Assembly (NCBI GenBank): GCA_951406725.2
Contig: OX597823.1
Location: 39,742,001 to 39,806,000, forward strand
Direction of reading: 5' to 3'
Source of the DNA: Octopus vulgaris
Taxonomy: Eukaryota
Length of the DNA: 64,000 bases
The translations under genes and the position numbers were made by a program. The notes below the pieces were generated by a model. The model ran no database searches and was not told where the DNA came from. It saw nothing but the letters and a program-made list of their open reading frames with translations. Below, piece after piece: positions 38,330 to 51,120 of the stretch (the first letter of the stretch is position 1; the number at the start of each line of letters is the position of its first letter).

Positions 38330-38493
38330 ATCTGTTATTTGTTTCAGTCATTAGACTGAGGCCATGCTGGGGCACCCCATTGAAGAATTTTGTGTCCGTG
38401 TTTGTCTGTCGGTCCCTTTTGCCGAAGCGTTAAGTTACGGGGACGTAAACACACAGACACAGACGCAAAGACACATGTACGCACACACACACA

Positions 38494-38534
<41 letters not shown>

Positions 38535-38645
38535 CGGGATTCTTTCAGTTTCCGACTACGAAATCCACTAACAAGGCTTCGGTCAGTGCTACACAGAGGA
38601 ACCATATGGTTAAGAAGCAAACTTCTTGTCACACAACAATTCCTA
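38330..38645 (-). mobile_element. SINE family B, internally deleted
   Basis: tgtttcagtcattagactgaggccatgctgg...(CA)n...cgacgggattctttcagtttccgactac. Confidence 0.8.
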
Positions 38646-38649
38646 CATA

Positions 38650-39042
38650 TCTATAATATAAACCCCGTTCTGTCTGTGTGTCTGTAAAAGATTATAACGG
38701 CCGTACTTTTCAACAGATTTTCTCCAAACTGGGAACACACATCATTAATGTTCCAGGGATGGTTTTAACCTCTTAAAATTTTTAACATAATAAGCAACGG
38801 GACTCTGGGGGCAGAAAACACCTATTCCTGGGTTACGTGGAGAAAGGAGGTAACTATTTGCGAAGTAACTTTCAGAAATTGCTTTTAATATAAGATTCCC
38901 GTCTTTACAAGTTTTCAGAAAATATTTCCAGTTTTCTAGCGTCAGTGACATCTATATCTCTCTCTATCTCTATCTCCCTATATCTCTTTATCCATCTCTA
39001 TCTCTATAGTTATCTATCTCTCCGTATCTATCTGTTTATATG

Positions 39043-39100
<58 letters not shown>

Positions 39101-40165
39101 CTATCTTATTTGTCTAGCTAGCTACCTATCTCTCCCACTCTATATCTGATTCACTATTTACCTTTACAAGCTTTTTTTTGCCGGAATTACTGATAAAAGT
39201 AAGTTCATAATTTACTGACAGAAGTAACTTCAAAAATTTCACTTAAATCTGTACAGTTAGTTAATTTCCCTAAAAATTTCTTATTTTTGCAAGGGTTTTG
39301 TATTTTTCTTTTGTTCAAGGCTTTTTTCTGGTTCCTTCGAAACTGGCTCTTTGTTTCACTGACAAATTTCGCTTCAACCCGTACAATTCTTTATTTTGCA
39401 TAAAAATTTCTTATTTACTTTCTGCACGTCGTATTAAGAAATATAATTTCCGTTACCCAATTATTTTCATTGTTTACTATTTTCTGCACCCATGTATTTC
39501 TATATACGTATATAACCATGCCTAGAAGGAAAGTGTCAAATTTGTCTACAATGTCATATTCAGCCAAAAGAACGTTTTGGTCCAGGGAAAGAGAGACAGC
39601 TGCAAAAAGGGAAGTATACCAAGAAACGAACAGACTGTGCTCTACAAAAGCCAGAGCATCTCAAAGTGATGTACAGAGGTATGCACGGCTGACAAGGAAT
39701 AGGATCTCCACTGCAGAACGAAGAGTAGTTGCAACAGCTCAGAGAAACAACTTCTATGAAGCAGCTTTCAATTATGATCTAGCAGTTCATTATGCAGAGG
39801 TTACACTAGAGTTTCCATTGGTGCAATGACAACTGAGTGCATATATTGTAAAGCAAAGAAGTAGTCTGGAGAGACACCTGTACTGTGCTGCAGTGGTGGA
39901 AAGGTTAAACTCCCTGCAATCTCCCAACCTCCGGAGCCAATGAAGAAACTCTTGTCATCAACTGACCAAGATTCCAAGCACTTTCAACACAAAATTAGAC
40001 AATACAACGTTGCACTACAGATAACATCATTTGGTGCCACAAGAGATCTAACTGAGCCAGGATTCGTGCAAACTTTCAAGATCCAAGTTCAGATTTATCA
40101 TCGGATTCGCTCTCTACTACCTCTGTCAAATGAATCCCCCAAATCGGCCATTCATTGTTTATAAT
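38650..40165 (+). mobile_element. Autonomous Helitron remnant (5' end + N-terminal zinc finger/Rep region), 3'-truncated
   Basis: 5' TCTATAATATAAA. 39740-40140 reads AAFNYD...IGAMTTECIYCKAKK*SGETPVLCCSGGKVKLP...KIRQYNVALQITSFGA...TFKIQVQIYHRIRSLLP, the typical Helitron RepHel N-terminus. Confidence 0.88.
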
Positions 40166-40243
40166 CTATACCAGTTTTTTTGGTTACGAAATAAGCTACA
40201 CAAAACGTGTTTTTGAATTACGTGTATTTACTTTATATACATA

Positions 40244-40870
40244 CTAGCAGTATCGCCCGGCGTTGCTCGGGTTTGTAAGGGAAATAACTATATAAGCATT
40301 TTTAGAGAGTTATAGCCAAAAAATAGCAAAAAATGCATTAAAAATGGAAAAAATATGATGGTAAATTTTTTTTAAAATCGTTGACTCATCGTAGACATTT
40401 TTAGAGAGTTACTTCCCTTATATAATAGCGAAAAAATGCATTAAAATGGAAAAAAAACGATGGTAAATTTTTTTTTAAATCGTAGACGCTTTCTTAGCCA
40501 TTTCTGTTTTGGTGTCTTCAAGCCATGAAGTCGTTGTTCTAAAAGAACGCTGGTCTCCTTGACAACGCATTACGACGTTGATTTCCTTACACTCCCTTCC
40601 CCACAGGTGCAGGTGTGAGCGTGGACGCCAACTCCGCTGCCATTGACACACGAAAAATTATGCATTAAAATGGAATAAAAAATGATGTTAAATTATTTTT
40701 AAAATCGTAGACTCATCGTAGATGCGCGCTAATACTCAGACGGGCTTGATATGAATCACGACTATAAGCTACCCGAATTTGGTTAAACTGCACCGCAAAA
40801 TGTGGGAGTAGTTAGGAATCTAAATCGAAGGGGACAGACACTCACACAACTACAGTTTTATATATATAGA
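40244..40870 (-). mobile_element. Non-autonomous Helitron
   Basis: Minus strand TCTATATATATAAAACTG...cccgagcaacgccgggcgatactgCTAG; 3' end matches 11275-11657. Confidence 0.88.
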
Positions 40871-40894
40871 TATACATAGCGCAGTAGTGGTGAG

Positions 40895-41478
40895 ATGTGA
40901 CAGCAAAGAAAAGCATACATTCACTCTCTGCATGCAATTAGACTCGGAAAGTTCGTGAGGAACCCATTGACCCAATTTGCTGACTTTTCCGATAGCACAC
41001 AGGTCTCAATGAATGGTTGAATGACCAAATCCAAGCTTCTCTGCTAGTTCCTCAACAGTTACGATGAGATTTTGTTCCACCAGGGTTTTCAGGATGTCCT
41101 TGTCGAGTTCTACAGATCTTTCAGGATGAGGCTCGTCTTCTAGGCTGTAGTTTATGGCTCGGAATTTCTGGAACCACCATTGACACTGCCTTACGCTTAT
41201 TGTCCAATCCCCATATACTGCATTAATATTTCTTGTACTTTCCGTTGCGTTGTTGTCTTTATTGAACTCATAAAGCAAAATATGCCAAATATGCTCCTTT
41301 GTTACTTCCAACATAGCTTTGAAAAAAATAGCTGTTAAAATCGAAATGCACTCTTCAAAACTTGCACTATGAATAAGGACAAGATAAAATTACTACCTGC
41401 TTTTATAGCAAGTTAATATAAGTAGTTTATCCCATTCCCCTCTGACTTTTAGTTCAAGCTGTTGAAAAAACCGCATTA
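40895..41478 (-). mobile_element. mariner (Mos1-type) transposase 5' half, decayed
   Basis: ORF 41006-41314 encodes an HTH region (HIWHILLYEF...QWWFQKFR...LEDEPHPER), followed by KLGQWVPHELSE. Confidence 0.88.
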
Positions 41479-41604
41479 TTATATATATATACATACATAC
41501 ATACATACATATACACACACACTCTCTCTCTCACACACATGCACACATTTATATTCTGTTATTCTTTTATATGTTTCAGCCTTGAGGTTGTGGCCATGCT
41601 GGAT

Positions 41605-41642
<38 letters not shown>

Positions 41643-41744
41643 TATCTGTCTGTCTGTCTGTATGTATATATGTATATGTATGTGTGTGAACAATAATATT
41701 TTCAACAGATGTGTTGCAAATGTATCTGATTGTTCTCAAGCTTC

Positions 41745-41800
<56 letters not shown>

Positions 41801-41815
41801 ATGTATGTATGTATG

Positions 41816-41846
<31 letters not shown>

Positions 41847-42199
41847 GTGTGTATGTATGTGTGTGTATGTATGTATGTGTGTATGTGTGTGTGTGTATGT
41901 ATGTATGTATGTATGAGTGTATGTTTACTTTATTACTAACACAAGCCACTACGGTTATTTAATGTAAAGTCTTCCTCAAATCACTCTCTCTTGCTATTTA
42001 CTCTCTTCCAAGAACATTTTCACTCACTCTTATGTCTTAGCTTCCCATACATTTTACTCATGTATCTATCAGCGTCATAGACAGAAACAAATATTACATC
42101 GCCATCGTCACCGCATTCTATTGTCTACCTGTCAACACACTGAATTACTTTCACTTTATTCGTAGCACACTGTGTGTGTGCGTTTGCGTGTGCTGTAAA

Positions 42200-42416
42200 C
42201 CTGACTAAGAAAAGCATTTGACACACACACCAGAATGTGAGTTTTCTGTAAATTTTGCTTAATTGGAGTTAAAATTTTAAAAACTGGACCTGGCATGACG
42301 CGATGCATTGTACTCTTAAAAATGCAAGGTAAATTGTAATTGAAGAAATCCTATATTGTAGATTTGTATAACTCCCAAAGGGAGGCAGATAAAATCTGCC
42401 TTTTATAATAAGAGAT
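42200..42416 (-). mobile_element. Helitron-like 5' end fragment (a separate plus-strand Helitron-like 3' hairpin lies at 42556-42584)
   Basis: Minus strand TCTCTTATTATAAAAGGCAG...ttatacaaatctacaat resembles the start of the 62927 element; cccgggaaacgccggg...ctgctaat. Confidence 0.5.
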
Positions 42417-42921
42417 ATGAGTTGAAAACTTTCTGTTAACATTTCACTTAACTGTGTTTCATGCTGGCATGGGTTGGACAGTTATTAATGAAGAAAGTTG
42501 GTATCTCAGACCTGCGTAATCTAGATGGCGTTTTTAAATTTCACTACTTTCTTTAACCCGGGAAACGCCGGGTATTTCTGCTAATATGTGTGTGTGTGTG
42601 TGTTTTTTTTTTTTTTGTATGTACGTGTGTATATAAACACACACACGCGCGCCTATACCTGCTATAATTATACACATAAGTATGGAAGCAGAAATCTACA
42701 ATTAATTACGATTATTTTTATATTTTCTATATCTTCCAGAATGTTTCAGCCAAGTGCTTATAATCGAGTTATCAATGCATGCTGCTTTTAAATTCTAAAT
42801 AGACTCAGTTTACCGTAGATTTTCTACTCACTGCATTACATATGTGATAGCAAACTGTATTCGTATTCAATATGTGAAACACTTTCCTTAGAGAATTCCC
42901 CTTGGTTATATATTGCGTGGA

Positions 42922-42978
<57 letters not shown>

Positions 42979-42983
42979 CTGTG

Positions 42984-43022
<39 letters not shown>

Positions 43023-43791
43023 AAGCGTGCGTGCAATGATATATTTGTATCCATACTATGAGCTGGTGCAATGCTATCTTGATTGATATCTTTATTAATA
43101 TCTGGCAATAGGAATAAGAGAAGGACCTTTGAATGTTACTTCCAATCCCTTATGAATATAATTTTCTCATAATTGAAGTTTTTGAGCAGGAAACATATCA
43201 AATGTTAAAAGATATTTCCATTATTAATCTCTAGAGAACACACTTATCTACATGCATACACGCACACATAGGCACACATACATACACACACACACACACA
43301 TACACACACACATACACACACACACAAACAGCCACGCATACACACTTCTAGTGCGTATGTTTTTGGTTATCATACGAAACATTAAAAATGTCTTAGTACA
43401 TGTTTCTAGAGAAAGCATGAAGAACCTTGTTAAACGTGCATGTGTACGTTTATATACGCGTGTGTGTGCATGTACGTATATATATACGTATGTGCGAGTG
43501 TGTGTATATGTGTATGTTTGTGTGTGTGTGTGTGTGTACGTGTGTAGAGAACTATGCAATTAAATCTATAGCCTCGTTTATGCAGGTATACGAGCGTATA
43601 TTTACAATCCTCAGTGGATATGAATAATACCTCTGCTGATATATGCAGCGTGTATGCACTCGGATACCTGTACGAAAACCAAGGTGTGGATTTAATTAAC
43701 TTACAGATTTATTCAACATACATACACACCAACGCGCATGTGTGTATGCATATAGATGCATGTGTGCATGCCTGTATGCAAATAAATATAT

Positions 43792-43844
<53 letters not shown>

Positions 43845-44307
43845 ATATATGTGTGTGTGCGTGTATATGTATATATATATATATATATATATTTATGTAT
43901 ACATATATACATATGTATGTATGTATGGATTGATGGATTGATGGATGGATGCACCTATATACACATACATATAAATATATACACATACAAATACATGTAC
44001 GAGTTTTTAATAAATCAAAAATTTATGTTGTTTGGTATTTGATTTACCTATATTTGTGTGTGCGTGTGTGTGTGAGTGTGTGTGTGGGGGGGAGGGCGTG
44101 TGTGTGTGTGTAAATCTTTTCCAGTGTTAATCTGCATGTAAAAATATTTTACCTTTTTTTATTAATTTCGGACGTTTTTGTAAACTATACCGTATAGCCT
44201 AATGTCTTCATTAATGCGACCTTTCACCCCCAATGCATGTGACCTTTGACTTTGTGCTTTTACTACTGTTACATTTTGCATACTCTCCACATATACATAC
44301 ATACATA

Positions 44308-44376
<69 letters not shown>

Positions 44377-44384
44377 CATACATA

Positions 44385-44965
44385 CAGGTGTTGGACAAAA
44401 TATTGAAAACACCTAGCATCATAGCATCATAATTTTGAAATATCTATAAAATTGTCAAAATCTCGTTTATTTTTATGTTTTTTGGTTCATTATTAGTATT
44501 GCTTAATATGTTTTGCTAAAATTGCTGGGGGTTTTTTCCAGATATCATCAGAAAAAGGTAATTCAAATTCATTAAAATGACAGATTTAACGGACTTTCAA
44601 AGAGGTCAAATTGTTGGTGCTCGTATGACAAGCGCTAGCGTAACGAAAACACCTGAAATGTTTGGTGTATTAAGAAGTACTGTCTCGAATTCACACGGCT
44701 AAAGTTGTTACTGAATGGCACGAGGAACATTCTAGTGAAGTTTAACATCTTATCTGGCCACCACAGTCCCCAGATCTCAATATTATTGAACATATATGGT
44801 GCATTTTAGAAAAACAAGTAAGGAGTCGATATCCTTCACCATGATCGCTACAAGAACTGGAGACTGTTTTAGCTGAGGAATGGACAAAAATTTATTTGGA
44901 AACAATTGAAACTTTGTAGGAGTCCATACCTCGTAGAATTCAAACTGTAATTACTGCCAAAGGCA
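44385..44965 (+). mobile_element. Tc1-type transposon, internally deleted
   Basis: TA|CAGGTGTTGGACAAAA left end; MTDLTDFQRGQIVGAR...RSTVS, then WPPQSPDLNIIEHIW...LQELETVLAEEWTKI. Confidence 0.85.
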
Positions 44966-45086
44966 GTAATTTGTTAAATTAAATTTGGTAGCCAATATCT
45001 GTGGATGAGCTTTGTATAGCATACTATAAGGTTTTTACGCAATGTTATTCTACTATACGTACATATCTATCTACATACATACATAA

Positions 45087-45121
<35 letters not shown>

Positions 45122-45335
45122 TACACACACACACACATATATATACATACATACATACATACATACATACATACATACATACATACATACATACACGTGT
45201 GTGTTTGTGTGTGTGTGTGCAATAATTCACAATCAAGGTGCAGAAATGACGTACTTCGAATGAATAAGGTGATATAATCTGATGGTAGAAAGAATTCCGC
45301 GAATTAGGTACTCCAAAGCCAGTCGGAAGGGCTAA

Positions 45336-45714
45336 AAAAAACGGAGAAAAAAGACAAGAAAAATAACAACGTGAGGACATAGTACATGCAAAGTATTAAA
45401 GAGATGTTCAGAAAAGGAAAGAGAGAGTGGTTGTTTTACGTTTCGAGCATAGCTCTTCTTCGGATACAGGAAATATAGAAAAGTCCAAAAGAAAAAGGAG
45501 GAAAAATATCGCCGTCGACTGTTGGCAATTTTTTTCCTCCTTCTTTTTCTTTTGGACTTTCCTATGTCTCCTCTTTCCGAAGAAGAGCGATGCTTGAAAC
45601 GTAAAACAACCACTCTTTCTTTCTTTCTCTGAGCGTCTCATTAATATTTTGCATGTACAACATCCTTACGATGTTGTTTTTTCTTGTCTTTTTCTCCGTT
45701 TTTTAAAAATTAAC
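45336..45714. repeat. About 370-bp head-to-head inverted repeat of a Penelope-type terminal element, one hammerhead-like motif per arm
   Basis: Arms 45336-45513 and 45521-45704 are diverged reverse complements; motifs at 45431-45468 (-) and 45572-45608 (+). Confidence 0.9.
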
Positions 45715-45813
45715 TATATATATGTAGATAGAGAGGCAGATGATTGATACATAGATAGACAGATGTATATATGTGTGTATGTATGTATGTATGTATGTAT
45801 GAGTGTATATATA

Positions 45814-45865
<52 letters not shown>

Positions 45866-45867
<2 letters not shown>

Positions 45868-48512
45868 TAGTTAGTTAGTTAGTTAATTTGGCTCAAAAGC
45901 AAATAGCAAGGCCATGTAGGGGGACATGGAGTTAAGTACAGGGTGGTGTTCATGTAAAGAGTTCAGGCCACTTGAGGTCCAGGGAGGCTTTGGACAAAGC
46001 GGTCGTCGGCATCTTCACCATCTCGTCTGGCAGCTTGTTCCACGGATCCGCAACCCGGACGGAGAAAGCTCCTCTCCTTCGGTTGAGATGAAATCGTCGC
46101 AGGTAGAGCTTTTCGGAATGACCCCGCAGCCGACGCTCCGGAGCAGGAGTGAAGAACAGCTCTTTCGAGAGGTTACACTTCCCGCTTATGATGTTGTGGG
46201 CGAGAATGAGATCACCACGGCGGCGGCGTTTTTCAAGAGAATAAAGGTCGAGCGTCCTCAGCCTTTCTTCGTAGGACAAATTTTTGAGACCATGAACCAT
46301 GCGGGTAGCCAGCCTCTGGACTCTTTCGAGATGCTGTATGTCTTTGAGGAGATAAGGAGAAGAGGCTTGAATCCCATACTCCAATATGGGTCTCACCAGC
46401 GTGACATAGAGTGGCAGGAATATGGCTGCTGTGAGCATTCCGAATGACCGTTGAATCAAAAACAGAATACCGCGCGCTTTGTTGGCAGCATGGACGCACT
46501 GGGCCGAAGGCGAAAAGGAGGAATCCACCAAGATACCCAGGTCCTTTACCTGATCGGTCCTCTCCAGCAGCAGACGGCCCGGCTCGAAATCAAGTTGAGT
46601 TGCAGGAGTAGAGCCGACAGGCAGATGACAGCACTTTGACACGTTCAGACACAGGTCCCAATCGTTAGACCACTTCCAAATTTGGTGGAGGCATCGACGA
46701 AGATCCTCTATACTACCGCGAGGAGCGACCAGTTTGATATCGTCGGCAAATAGAAGGGTGTGTTGCGTGAGGTCGTCGGGCAAGTCATTTATGAAGACTA
46801 AGAACAACAAGGGCCCAAGCACTGAACCTTGAGGCACGCCACTGCTCGCACTGGAGACGTCGGACCGCGAACCATTAACTTGAACTTGGAAGGAGCGATC
46901 TGAGAGGAAGGCACCAACCCATCGTACAATATCCGGATGGAAACTATATGCTTGAAGCTTGACAAGTAGTAGGCGGTGCTTTACCGAGTCAAAAGCTTTG
47001 GCAAAGTCCAATAAAACGATGTCAACAGCATCACTATCATCGAGGATGCGCGTCACCAATTCTTCCATTACTATTAAGTTGGTCAAGCATGATCTCTTCG
47101 GCACGAAGCCGTGTTGGGAATCAGTGATTGAGGCTGTGTTTAGGAGGTGGAGCATCATACTTTTCTTAAGGATGGTTTCGAACATCTTGCTGATTATTGA
47201 TGTAAGGGAAACCGGTCGGTAGTTAAGCGGGTCTTCGCGGCTCCCTTTCTTGAAAATTGGACAGATTATCGCTGTTCTCCAGTCTGCAGGTATAACACCC
47301 ATCGCCAATGACATATTGAATAGTCGTGTTAAGGGCTCGCAGATGACCGGAGCCAACGCTTTGATAACCCGTGGGTGTATGCCGTCAGGGCCGTGACCCT
47401 TGTTGACATCGAGGCCTTGAATAACACGTTTGACTTGGTCCCGCGTGATGATCAATCGAAGCATTGGAGGTACCGATCTATCAAATGGAGGGGTTTCACG
47501 ACCATCATCTTGTTTGAAAATAGTTGAAAAAGCCTCGGCAAATAATTGACTCTGTTGATAAGGGTCCTCAATCGATATGCCTGTTGAGTCTACCAACGTT
47601 GCAATCTGGTTGTTCAAGCGGGAATTCCGCTGGACATGGGCAAAGAAGGTTTTTGGATTGCTACTGGCATTTGCCGGGATTTTGTATTCATAACTGAAGC
47701 GTTCTTTCTTTTCAATTTTCACGGCTCGGTCTCGTTGAGTTTTGTACACCTCAAAAGCTGCAGTCGAATCCAGATTTTTGAATTCAGCCCAAGCAATATC
47801 TCTGAGTCGACGTTCTCGTTTAACCTTCTTCGTCACCCAGGGCTTGTGTTTTCTTCCTCTTGGGAAGCCCAACGGGAACTGCCTGGTCAGTCAAACAGAT
47901 TACATATGCTTTGAGGAATGACCATAGTTCCTCAACTGAGGACAACGTCATCAGGGATCGCCAGTCCAGAAGCGCGGAAGCCTCGGTTAGAATTTCAAGA
48001 TTAATTGCAGAGAAGACTCTACGTGGCAGCGAAGTAATCGTGGGCGTGGAAAAAGTTGTGTGCATGACGAACTTCAGGACCGCATGATCACTCTTACCAG
48101 ATCTAGCATAGATGGCTGCTGCCCAGACCGATGCCTTGTCGGATATTCAACATGTTGCGATAGAAAACAATCTTCAGCCACGTCAAGAAGGGCCTGGCCG
48201 AACCGGGAAGATGTTGTACAAATTGATGCGGGCCAATCGATCGTGGGAGCGTTGAAGTCGCCTAGTACCAAGCAGTCATGCGAAGCTGAAACGAATCTTA
48301 TCGCTTCGAGTAGATGAGCATCGTCCTGGGGGTCGGCTAGAGGCGGCCTGTAGACAGCCAACACGGGCAGGCAAAACTCAGATAGGCTCGGCTTGCAATA
48401 GACGGCATCGAATTTGGTTGTAGGTTGAGCATTTGTGGGTAGAATACCGCAGGACGGTTTGTGCTCAGACTTAACATACACAGCAACACCTCCACCTCGC
48501 CTTTTTCCTCTC
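45866..48512 (-). mobile_element. CR1-clade LINE, 5'-truncated, (TAAC)n tail
   Basis: APE motifs GGGVAVYVK, YRPP, VLGDFNAP, PTR, LDL and GKSDH (with frameshifts), followed by the RT ORF; tail (GTTA)x5 at 45866-45885. Confidence 0.95.
45950..47872 (-). CDS. CR1-like LINE reverse transcriptase and C-terminal domain (640-aa open segment of ORF2)
   Basis: GPDGIHP, YRPVSLTS, QHGF, DFAKAFDSV, GVPQGSVLGPLLF, FADD, DLGI, RRRGDLI, RGHSEKL, WNKLP. Confidence 0.9.
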   Translation of the reverse strand: MGFPRGRKHKPWVTKKVKRERRLRDIAWAEFKNLDSTAAFEVYKTQRDRAVKIEKKERFSYEYKIPANASSNPKTFFAHVQRNSRLNNQIATLVDSTGISIEDPYQQSQLFAEAFSTIFKQDDGRETPPFDRSVPPMLRLIITRDQVKRVIQGLDVNKGHGPDGIHPRVIKALAPVICEPLTRLFNMSLAMGVIPADWRTAIICPIFKKGSREDPLNYRPVSLTSIISKMFETILKKSMMLHLLNTASITDSQHGFVPKRSCLTNLIVMEELVTRILDDSDAVDIVLLDFAKAFDSVKHRLLLVKLQAYSFHPDIVRWVGAFLSDRSFQVQVNGSRSDVSSASSGVPQGSVLGPLLFLVFINDLPDDLTQHTLLFADDIKLVAPRGSIEDLRRCLHQIWKWSNDWDLCLNVSKCCHLPVGSTPATQLDFEPGRLLLERTDQVKDLGILVDSSFSPSAQCVHAANKARGILFLIQRSFGMLTAAIFLPLYVTLVRPILEYGIQASSPYLLKDIQHLERVQRLATRMVHGLKNLSYEERLRTLDLYSLEKRRRRGDLILAHNIISGKCNLSKELFFTPAPERRLRGHSEKLYLRRFHLNRRRGAFSVRVADPWNKLPDEMVKMPTTALSKASLDLKWPELFT

Positions 48513-48574
48513 TCTCTATATATATATATACATGCATATATGTGTGTGTGTGTGTATACATACACATATCTGAC

Positions 48575-48663
<89 letters not shown>

Positions 48664-49547
48664 GATAGATAGATAGATAGATGTGTCTATTGATATGCAT
48701 ATAAACACACACACAATATATATAATGATCTATCAATTAATCTAACTGTCTGTATGTCTGTCTGTCTCACTATTTATCTGTCTCTCTCTCTGACTATCTC
48801 TCTCTCTCTCTCGATCTATCTATTTATCTATCTGTACTCATACCCATAAACATTGGTATAGTCAAGGCATGAACCAATGTATTGTTACTAATAGTCTCAT
48901 AACACGATTAGAATTCCCATGAATCTTCGGACATTATAAGACTAACGACTATGAAAAATTGAATATATAAATATCAAAATGAACCTTGTTCAGCATCCAA
49001 TGTCTTACTATGTAGTTTTATCCCATCCACACGACAGGATGTTTTCTTTTCTTTTTTTTTTACGTCTGTAAAACTTTTACTAATGCAGATATAAGTTCAA
49101 TATCCATAGTTTTTACATATAACTTTGTGAAATATGAATATTTCAATGTGCAAAATACAAAATATAAAATACAAATTACACTATTCAAAGTTGAGACTAT
49201 TGCAGCCAAAAATTGCACCTCATTTTCTAGATGATGTTTACTGTATATTTATCAAAGATGTGTCACTTGGTTTTGTGTTCAAATTGACTGTGCAATAAGA
49301 ATGTGTACCTGGGGATTACGGGATCGTGACTTTTGTGCATTCCCATACAATTGTCAGTGCCAATCTAGGTCCTACGAAGAATCCGTCGACGTTTTAGGGT
49401 ATACAATGTTTCGTAAATCAAAGGAGGAGTAAAATTTTAATTCTTGTTTGCATTGAAATATGAGCCTGGGATTTGGATTGTTAGCAAAAGGCTGAAATTC
49501 TTACTGCAGCAGCCCTGGATTTCAGATGCAGTGGTAGGAGAATTTTT

Positions 49548-49635
<88 letters not shown>

Positions 49636-49636
49636 C

Positions 49637-51120
49637 GAGATTCAAGCCTATGCCGTCCAACAGCGTCTCCATCGTGGGACACTGGACCAATGGACCGGTT
49701 AAATTGCTCGGGTCTGGTTCGGTCTGGACCTCCAAATAGAAAAGAACTGGGACGATATAACGAGTAGGGTAGTCACTCTGACCCAGCAATGGGCCGAGAG
49801 GAAGCTTCCCTAAAAGGTTGGGCGGATGTGGCGAATGCATACATCGCGTTCGCTATCTATTACCGTCTAACCATCGTGCCTTGTCCCGTCCTTACCATCA
49901 CCAAAATTGAACGCATACTCTTCCACTTTTTGTGGAAGGGAAGCGTTCCGATGGCTAGCCAATCTATTTGCTGCCAAAACCCGTTAAATGGAGGGCTGGG
50001 CATGCCATGGTTGGTGGTACGCAGACATGCGCTAAGACTGCGACATTTCCAGCGCTTCATAGACGACAGTGAACAGGTGTGGTCGCCGTTTGTGAGTCGC
50101 GCTTTCCAGCAATTTGTCTCTTTGGCTGAACTACAGTCATGGATCGAAGCTGGGCGAATGGTACAGCGTATAATCGCTATGCTCTAGAGCAACTCTGCTG
50201 TCCGGGACCAAACTTGTGCAACTCTACTTCCACAAAAGTGTTCTATAGAGGATTGGTGGAGGGGAGATGCGACGATGTTCTCGGGGAGAATCTGGGCGTC
50301 AATGAGGAACACCTGAGCCGCCTCTTCAGACTTTCGGGCCGGGACCTGTGGACAATCACCAGTGTCCCTGGCCTGGCAGTGCTATCGGGAAGCATTGCCC
50401 GTTCGAGATAAGCTCCACAGATACGGCTCAAGAAACGCCGAACCGACCTGCCAGAGATGCCGTCAGAGCGACGAAACCGTTCTGCATGCGCTCGTGCAGT
50501 GTCCAACCATTTCAGACCTGTGGGCTTATGTCGAACAGCTGCTGGCACGTGTGGGACGAATTCGGTTATCGGCCGAGTCTATCATGAATGTTACCCCATC
50601 ACCTTCCTTTAACTGGTGGCTATGATGAAAGAAAGTGTATGGTGGAGGCGTTTGAAAGATTTAGGAGTTTGAAAGATTTAGAGACAAACGCTTTCCTCTC
50701 TGGCCAATCGCTCATCAACTTTTTCAAGTACCACTTGAAAAGGAAGGTGAGAATAGAGAGGGAAGCTTTGTCTCATGAAAATTTCAATAAAAGGTGGGTA
50801 GCAAAGATGGTACGTGTGAATGACGAAACCACTTTGAGCATGATTCTGTAAATCCAAAAGTGAGAGAGAGGGCGCTTTGCTCTCATGTGTTCTTTCCCCG
50901 CCTGAGGTTACCGTGGCCTTTTTCGTAGGCTTTTCTTTTCACGAATAAACCTAATCTGTATTACTTTTTACCCTCACTCTGGGGAACGCTATTATAGATG
51001 GAACATTGTTATTTTGCTGTTTACACGTCCCAAACGCTTTCGATCCCTTTTGATCATATTTCGTTTTCTGAAAATAAATGTTCTACATTGTATTGCCCCT
51101 CTGCATGACAGAGAAATCTA
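49637..51120 (+). mobile_element. L1/Tx1-like LINE 3' half, decayed
   Basis: SLKGWADVANAYIA...FHFLWKG...GGLGMP; LAWQCYREALPVRDKL...CQRC...ETVLHALVQCP (zf-RVT); FFKYHLKRKVRIER. Confidence 0.9.
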
